A stretch of 64,000 nucleotides of DNA from an uncultured candidate division Zixibacteria bacterium (GTDB lineage: Bacteria; Zixibacteria; MSB-5A5; GN15; FEB-12): assembly GCA_963806185.1 (NCBI GenBank), contig CAWDXE010000003.1:192001-256000 (forward strand), in the 5' to 3' direction. This document shows positions 58,197 to 64,000 of this stretch, in pieces. A model generated the notes under the pieces. That model worked only from the letters and a program-made list of their open reading frames with translations. It ran no database searches and was not told the origin of the DNA. Positions within the stretch are counted from its first letter, which is position 1, and every line of letters starts with the position of its first letter. The position numbers and the translations under genes are program-made.

Positions 58197-59490
58197 GTCC
58201 AATGCCAAACCTCAGCATGATCGATTTCATGTCGGGAAACAGGTCATAGTTGCGTAATGACCCGATCGCTTCCGGTGGGCTCTTGTCTCCGTGCTGAAGA
58301 TAATACTCGGCGCCGAGACTCAGCTTCCATCCTTCCTGTATCGGAATAAAATACTGCAATCCCAGCGTGTATGCATCAAACTTTGCAAGCCGGTAATCGG
58401 CCGACGCATAGTCGGGTAGTGGGTCACCCTGCACGAGGAAGTAGCGGTGGAAATCGGCAGCCGTCTGCCGGTACCATCGAACATGCGGCTGGAGGGCGTG
58501 CTCCCCCTTGATGCGGAATCGATAAGAGAAATCGACCGTGTGGGACTTGACCTGCCAATCGTCCCAGTAGTAACGATACGAAAGGTCAACTACGTGGCCG
58601 AAGAGATACTGGCGGAGTTCACCATAAGCGGAGTTTCTGCTGCGCGAAGACGGGCGTTTCTCGTACAGATAATCGACCGGTTCGCCAGGGTCGGTCCCCT
58701 GAGGACCGCCGACCACACTAAGAATCTTGTAGGGGTCGTTCAGATAGCCGGAGGATTTCCCGTAGGAATAGTTGAATCGACCAATGGTTGTGCGCGAGAA
58801 GACCTGCGTAAGGCTGACGATAGCGTCGAACCCGTTCTTGGATTCACTCGGTCCGCCGTTTCCCCCTTCTCCTTCTCCTCCCTCGTCTCCTTCGCCGTTC
58901 GGCTCCGATTGAGCGACTGGCATCGAAGTGAACGCCACGGGCGCACCGCCGACAGGCGATACCAAATCATGGGAGAGCGCTACCGAGAGTCCGAGCGTGG
59001 TATTCCGATCATTGAAATCGCGAGTCAGACTTCCGTTCAGGCCAAAGGAAGTGTAGTCGTGTTCGCCGGAGAAATGGGCCCCGATTATACCCGTGCTCAA
59101 TCGCCCCAGCGGGAAAGAAAGACTTCCGTCGCCCGCGAAGCGAGTGTCTTTGAATGTATCATCGAGAGGAATCTCGCCGGGTCGGACAAGGTATCCGGCG
59201 TTGCCGGAGGGACGGGTGAAGGTCTGGACTTTTCGGGAGGGGGTGGCGCCGCTGGGCGATGCGCCGGTTAGCCCGTCATAGGTCAACCTGAGCGTAAAAG
59301 TGCGCTCGCCTTCGAGATAACGAGTGACATTGGCAACGGCCTCGGCCGCAGTCACTCGATTGCTTTCAGAATAGAACAGCAGGGAGGATTCAACTTTTCC
59401 TTTGTCGGCGGCAGTCGCACTCTGACCGAGCAGGGCAGCCGACACGGTGGCCAGAGCAGTGGCGATCGATTTGGGTCGGGTCAGTTGCAT
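58186..59490 (-). CDS. DUF3570 outer-membrane beta-barrel protein
   Basis: Signal peptide; DGLTGAS, EHDYTS, GYLNDPY, E.RP..R, YRYYWDDW..SHT, SADYRL; terminal F. Confidence 0.85.
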   Translation of the reverse strand: MQLTRPKSIATALATVSAALLGQSATAADKGKVESSLLFYSESNRVTAAEAVANVTRYLEGERTFTLRLTYDGLTGASPSGATPSRKVQTFTRPSGNAGYLVRPGEIPLDDTFKDTRFAGDGSLSFPLGRLSTGIIGAHFSGEHDYTSFGLNGSLTRDFNDRNTTLGLSVALSHDLVSPVGGAPVAFTSMPVAQSEPNGEGDEGGEGEGGNGGPSESKNGFDAIVSLTQVFSRTTIGRFNYSYGKSSGYLNDPYKILSVVGGPQGTDPGEPVDYLYEKRPSSRSRNSAYGELRQYLFGHVVDLSYRYYWDDWQVKSHTVDFSYRFRIKGEHALQPHVRWYRQTAADFHRYFLVQGDPLPDYASADYRLAKFDAYTLGLQYFIPIQEGWKLSLGAEYYLQHGDKSPPEAIGSLRNYDLFPDMKSIMLRFGIGHDF

Positions 59491-59720
59491 CCGCATCCTC
59501 CCCCGCCGAAACCACGGCCGCCGGAAGATCCTTCTTTGCTGAAATAGATGTGATCGTCAAGAGCGTGGTCGACGCCGTCGGCGTCAAGTTGCATCGACGG
59601 TTTGGCGAGAACGTCACGCTCCCAGACTTTGACTCCCATGGGTGCGCACCCCGAAAGCAGAACGAGTGCAAGGATTACCAGGGCTACGACAACTCGTGAT
59701 TGACGACGTGGGTGGTTCAT
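59481..59720 (-). CDS. DUF4266 lipoprotein
   Basis: Lipobox LSGC; V(K)VWER..LA, HIYFSKEG..GG.G.GGGGCGCN. Confidence 0.9.
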   Translation of the reverse strand: MNHPRRQSRVVVALVILALVLLSGCAPMGVKVWERDVLAKPSMQLDADGVDHALDDHIYFSKEGSSGGRGFGGGGCGCN

Positions 59721-60226
59721 TTCTTTGCCTTTTCGTTCAGCAGGTTTCCAACCAATGAGATGAGGTCGGTAGTGTCGGCCGTTTCGAAGCCCTGGTGGGT
59801 GTCGCGAAGCGTGCCGTCGCGCCCGTAAATAAACGACGTCGGGATGGCTTTGAGATTAAACCGCTTGGCAACGCGGCCCTTGGTGTCGTATGCAATGTTG
59901 ACCGTGGACCGATTCGTGGCGAGAAACGCGGCGGCGGCGGTCGAGTCCTTGTCGAGATTCACGGCTATGATCTCAAGACCATCACTCTTGTGAACCGCAT
60001 AAAGCCGTTCCATAAACGGAAATGATTTCCGACACGGCTGGCACCAGGAGGCCCAAAAGTCGACATAGACGACCTTCCCTGCAACCTGGAGCGAGTCAGG
60101 AATAATTGAGGCAAGACTGTCCAGCGATGCCGGAATGCTCCTCGAGGCTGCAGAACCAACCATAACCAGCAATGCCACAATGAGTAACGAAAGATTAAGT
60201 GCTACGGCCCGGTAACTCACACTCAT
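59717..60226 (-). CDS. TlpA-like thioredoxin (thiol-disulfide reductase)
   Basis: Signal anchor; GKVVYVDFWASWCQPCRKSFP; cis-Pro loop IPT. Confidence 0.92.
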   Translation of the reverse strand: MSVSYRAVALNLSLLIVALLVMVGSAASRSIPASLDSLASIIPDSLQVAGKVVYVDFWASWCQPCRKSFPFMERLYAVHKSDGLEIIAVNLDKDSTAAAAFLATNRSTVNIAYDTKGRVAKRFNLKAIPTSFIYGRDGTLRDTHQGFETADTTDLISLVGNLLNEKAKK

Positions 60227-60590
60227 CTCCTCTCTTGTCCAATGGGGGGACTGGACATATCACGACAATTTGGATCGGCAAAGGACGCGACTCATGTACT
60301 ACAGTCGATTTGGCCACTCGGTTCCCATGAGTTTTGCAGGGAGAGCGGGGAAATCAGAGGTGGGCCGCCCCCGTCGTGTTCAATTCCTCGTTGCGCCCGG
60401 TGCGGAGCGAAGTTATATTTGTTGTCGATAACAAGTCCCCATTCTAGTTTGACGAGACTCTTCTCATACGATGATTCCTGGCCAGCTGGTGAATGATGGT
60501 GACTGACAGGCGCAATGGTGCGCAGTAACTTGAAGGTAGTGCGCGCCCCTGTGCGAAAGCGTTCGCACGGCGCGGCACAAAGGAGATGTA

Positions 60591-60956
60591 GTGGATATCT
60601 ACGTAGGCAACCTGTCGTACAAGACGGCCGAAGCTGAGCTTCGCCAGATGTTTGAGCAGTACGGCGAAGTCACTCGGGCCAACATCGTGGCCGACAAGTT
60701 CACCGGCGAGTCCAGGGGATTCGGTTTCGTCCAGATGGCCACTGACGAGCAAGCCCAGGCCGCGATCGAGGCGTTAAACGGCCAGGAAATTAATGGTCGG
60801 GCGCTGGTTGTCAATGAGGCCAAGCCGCGCGAGAGTCGCCCGGGCGGCGGCGGTGGCGGCGGCGGCCGTGGTGGATTTAATCGTGGTGGCGGCGGCGGTG
60901 GTGGCCGCGACAACCGCGGTGGTGGCGGCGGTGGTGGCCGTCGCGGCGGATGGTAA
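60591..60956 (+). CDS. RRM RNA-binding protein with a Gly/Arg-rich tail
   Basis: IYVGNL (RNP2), RGFGFVQM (RNP1), VNEAKPRE; AAGGAG RBS. Confidence 0.95.
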   Translation: MDIYVGNLSYKTAEAELRQMFEQYGEVTRANIVADKFTGESRGFGFVQMATDEQAQAAIEALNGQEINGRALVVNEAKPRESRPGGGGGGGGRGGFNRGGGGGGGRDNRGGGGGGGRRGGW

Positions 60957-60988
60957 GAATCAGCACTTCGCAGTGACGCAAGTATCAC

Positions 60989-61019
60989 AGCAGGACTCAT
61001 GGGGGTCCTGCTTTTTTTT
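60989..61019 (+). terminator. Terminator after the first RRM gene
   Basis: AGCAGGAC(T)C/GGGTCCTGCT stem followed by T7. Confidence 0.8.
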
Positions 61020-61328
61020 CGATTTATCATGACGCACTCGCCGCGAGAGATTGTGATTCTCCGCCGATGTCGCTCTGTGCTATTCAGCGATGACAACGCT
61101 CCGTCGTGAATCAAGATGCCGGCGATGATAAGATCCTGAGAAGATTAGTTGGCCTTTTGTTCCATTTATGCGTATACTGAGTGGGTAACAGCTCTTCCCT
61201 CTGGTAATTGTTTCTCGAGTTCATCCCTTGGCAAATCGTTTTCTGGAGGCGATGGCGCAACTGTGCGCGGCAATCTCGCATTGCGATATATTCTGTCAAC
61301 GATCCGGATTCTGCGCCAAGAAAGGAAT

Positions 61329-61637
61329 TTGACCATTAATATTCATGTCGGCAATCTCTCCAGCGAGACCGCGGAAGACGATTTGCGCAGTCTGTTTGAA
61401 GAGTACGGTGAAGTGTCGCAGATGGCCATATTGAGCGGCGCCTTCAGCGGCCGGTCATCGGGGATTGGCATAGTCGAGATGCCCAATCGAAGTGAGGGTC
61501 AGGCGGCGATCATGGGCCTTCACGGTCGATCGGTCCACGGCCAGAATCTCACAGTCAACGAAGCGCGACAGCGCGATAGTTCGACCAGCGGCAGTCGCTC
61601 CGGGTCATCCCGTGGGCATCGACGCGATTCACGCTGA
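61329..61637 (+). CDS. RRM RNA-binding protein, divergent RNP1
   Basis: TTG start after AAAGGA; IHVGNL, SGIGIVEM, VNEAR. Confidence 0.85.
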   Translation: MTINIHVGNLSSETAEDDLRSLFEEYGEVSQMAILSGAFSGRSSGIGIVEMPNRSEGQAAIMGLHGRSVHGQNLTVNEARQRDSSTSGSRSGSSRGHRRDSR

Positions 61638-61697
61638 TCTTCCGGGGATTGTAAGTGCCCGTCGTCATTCGGAAACGGCAACATAAATGAGGATCAA

Positions 61698-61943
61698 ATG
61701 AAGATTTTTGTCGGCAACCTCAGCAACAAGACAGTCGAACAGGACCTGCACGATCGATTCAAGTCTTTCGGTGAAGTGGCCAAGGTCAATATAGCCCGCA
61801 CGTCGAAGGACCGCAGACCTCGCGGTTTCGGTTATGTGGACATGGAGAACGAGGAAGACGGACAGACGGCCATTGACGCCCTGCACGGGATCAAAATGCA
61901 CGGTGAAGTGCTGGTCGTCAATCAGGCCCGTCGCCGCGAATAG
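61698..61943 (+). CDS. RRM RNA-binding protein (minimal)
   Basis: IFVGNL, RGFGYVDM, VNQAR; GAGGA RBS. Confidence 0.9.
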   Translation: MKIFVGNLSNKTVEQDLHDRFKSFGEVAKVNIARTSKDRRPRGFGYVDMENEEDGQTAIDALHGIKMHGEVLVVNQARRRE

Positions 61944-62172
61944 ACTTCAGCACCGGGGCCGATACGGGATTGTAGCATGGATTTTGTTTATCTTCAATGC
62001 CTACAATAATTGTTTTTAACTGGCCCGGCCGCTCGGAATGCCGTAAGTTAGCGAACAGCAGAGGCCCGATCGGTTGACCCCGGGCGGGATATGTGAGTAC
62101 AACGGTCAACGGTTTCGGCCGCCACCGAAATCGGGGACAAAAACGAGAACTATTTGGTGAGTGGAAGTACCC

Positions 62173-63219
62173 ATGGCGCAATCCGCACGACCGACCAGCA
62201 TAGACCGGAAACATATCAACGAAGTGAACAAGGTTATATCCCGATATCAGCGGCCCAGTGAATTACGCAGCTACTGGCAACTGGCCAATACACTGATTCC
62301 GTTTGCCGCGCTGTGGGCGATCATGGCCTGGACGCTGACCATCTCGTTCTGGCTGACACTCCCGCTTATGATGCTGAGTGCCGGTTTTCTCATCCGGACG
62401 TTCATCATTTTCCACGACTGCGGCCATGGATCGTTCTTTCGTTCCAATCGAGCCAATGATGTTGTGGGGTACATCACCGGTATCATTACGTTCACACCGT
62501 ATCATTACTGGCGCAACAGTCACGCCAAGCATCACGCTACCTCGGCCAACCTGGACAAGCGCGGGTATGGTGATGTCTGGATGATGACGGTGGAAGAGTA
62601 TCGCAATTCCCCCAGATTCGAGCGCATCAAGTATCGACTTTATCGCAATCCGGTGGTGATGTTTCTGCTCGGCCCGCTCTTCCTGATTCTCGTGACGCAC
62701 CGGATGGTCCGCCGCGACTCCAGCAAGGCCGAACGCTGGAGTGTCCACGGCACAAACGCCGGGATTGCGGTTATTGCCGTATTGATGAGCCTGGCAATCG
62801 GTTGGAAAGCCTACGTGATCATACAATTTTCGATCTTGTATATCGGCATTATGAGCGGCATCTGGCTGTTCTACGTTCAGCACCAATTTGAGGGCGTATA
62901 CTGGGCTCGCCAGCCGCACTGGGATTTTACGGCCGCTTCGCTGGAAGGTGGATCGTTCTACAAGCTGCCCAGGATTCTGCATTGGTTCACCGGCAGCATC
63001 GGCTACCATCACGTCCATCACCTGAATTCGCGCATTCCCAATTACAATTTGTCGAAGTGCCACGAGGAAGTTCCGATACTGGCCAAATCGCCGACGATTG
63101 GCTTCTTCGCCAGCTTCAAGTCGCTCCGGTTCCGTCTGTGGGACGAGAAATCGGAGCGTTTGATCAGCTTTGGTGAATTGAAGCGTATCCGTTACGCCGA
63201 CGATTTAGCGCCACAGTGA
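62173..63219 (+). CDS. Membrane fatty acid desaturase (Bacillus Des-like)
   Basis: His boxes HDCGH, HAKHH, HHVHH; FYVQHQFE; RIPNYNL. Confidence 0.92.
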   Translation: MAQSARPTSIDRKHINEVNKVISRYQRPSELRSYWQLANTLIPFAALWAIMAWTLTISFWLTLPLMMLSAGFLIRTFIIFHDCGHGSFFRSNRANDVVGYITGIITFTPYHYWRNSHAKHHATSANLDKRGYGDVWMMTVEEYRNSPRFERIKYRLYRNPVVMFLLGPLFLILVTHRMVRRDSSKAERWSVHGTNAGIAVIAVLMSLAIGWKAYVIIQFSILYIGIMSGIWLFYVQHQFEGVYWARQPHWDFTAASLEGGSFYKLPRILHWFTGSIGYHHVHHLNSRIPNYNLSKCHEEVPILAKSPTIGFFASFKSLRFRLWDEKSERLISFGELKRIRYADDLAPQ

Positions 63220-63249
63220 TGTCGATCGGTAATCGGGAGCGGGACGTGA

Positions 63250-64000
63250 TCAGCGCTCGATCTTGAGCGCGGCAAGAAATGCTTCCTGCGGAATTTCGAC
63301 CTGGCCAATCTGCTTCATGCGCTTCTTCCCCTCTTTCTGACGCTCCAGCAGCTTGCGTTTTCGCGTGATGTCGCCGCCGTAGCACTTGGCGGTGACGTTT
63401 TTGCGCAGGGGACGAATGGTGGATCGGCTGACAATTCTGCTGCCGATGGCAGCCTGGATGACGACCTCGAACATCTGACGAGGGATGAGTTTCTGCAATT
63501 TCTCTCCAAGCTGCATGCCCCAATGATACGCCTTCTCGCGATGGATGATGACTGAGAGGGCGTCAACTGGGTCGCCATTCACCAGAATATCAAGCTTCAC
63601 CAAATTGGAGCGGCGATAGTACGGCAGGCCGTAGTCGAACGAGGCGTATCCGCGAGTGTAAGACTTCAGCTTGTCGTAAAAATCAAAGATAATCTCCGAC
63701 AGAGGAAACGCGTAGTTGAGCGAAACCCGCGTCGTCGAGAGATACTCGGTGGTCTTGTACTCGCCGCGACGTTCTGTGCCGAGTTTCATGATAGCGCCGA
63801 TGTACTCAGCCGGGGCGATGATCTGGGCGTCGACAAATGGTTCTTCGACGTACTCAATCGCACCCGCATCGGGCATTTCCGCCGGGTTGTCGACGACGGC
63901 CATCTCGCCATCCGCTTTGTACACTTTGTATTCGACGTTCGGCACTGTGTTGATGATGGTCTGGTTGTATTCCCGCGACAGCCGCTCGGTGATGATCTCC
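63250..64000 (-). CDS. lepA: Elongation factor 4 LepA (C-terminal part; starts beyond the window)
   Basis: [54 protein letters not shown]. Confidence 0.97.
   Translation of the reverse strand, partial: EIITERLSREYNQTIINTVPNVEYKVYKADGEMAVVDNPAEMPDAGAIEYVEEPFVDAQIIAPAEYIGAIMKLGTERRGEYKTTEYLSTTRVSLNYAFPLSEIIFDFYDKLKSYTRGYASFDYGLPYYRRSNLVKLDILVNGDPVDALSVIIHREKAYHWGMQLGEKLQKLIPRQMFEVVIQAAIGSRIVSRSTIRPLRKNVTAKCYGGDITRKRKLLERQKEGKKRMKQIGQVEIPQEAFLAALKIER

Noticed and set aside
60843..60950. GGC/GGT tandem repeat element
   Set aside because: Encodes the Gly-rich tail of the RRM protein

Overview
64 kb of chromosomal DNA from a Gram-negative bacterium. C-terminal dockerin-like 'VDIGDLT..IDNLF.SF' modules suggest candidate division Zixibacteria (inference). 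Housekeeping genes: rseP, dxr, cyclophilin, hbd-ackA, ltaE, csp, murJ, rpsT, argF, aspS-phoH-HD-ybeY-CBS, lepB-hemW and lepA. A type IV pilus/polarity locus runs comEC, DUF4388, three extra roadblock proteins, mglA, mglB, pilB, pilT, pilC and a pilS-like kinase. Also present: a TPR-GAF-sigma54 activator directly behind a small secreted 'GEHPWD' protein, a TlpA-DUF4266-DUF3570-ApbE flavinylation operon, three tandem RRM genes next to a desaturase, and a REP-like palindrome cluster. Best leads: (1) an unannotated ~160-nt plus-strand unit at 2618-2810 with 17-nt complementarity to the 16S 3' end, an 11-codon ORF, an H-type pseudoknot and its own terminator; (2) the secreted-peptide/TPR enhancer-binding protein pair, which resembles RRNPP peptide signalling wired to sigma54; (3) MglA with a MinD-like membrane-targeting tail amid four roadblock proteins. 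Single-base frameshifts in dxr, ackA and densely across pilBTC/mglB look like long-read errors. I saw no CRISPR, rRNA, tRNA or transposase. All family assignments come from motif recognition by eye, not database searches.
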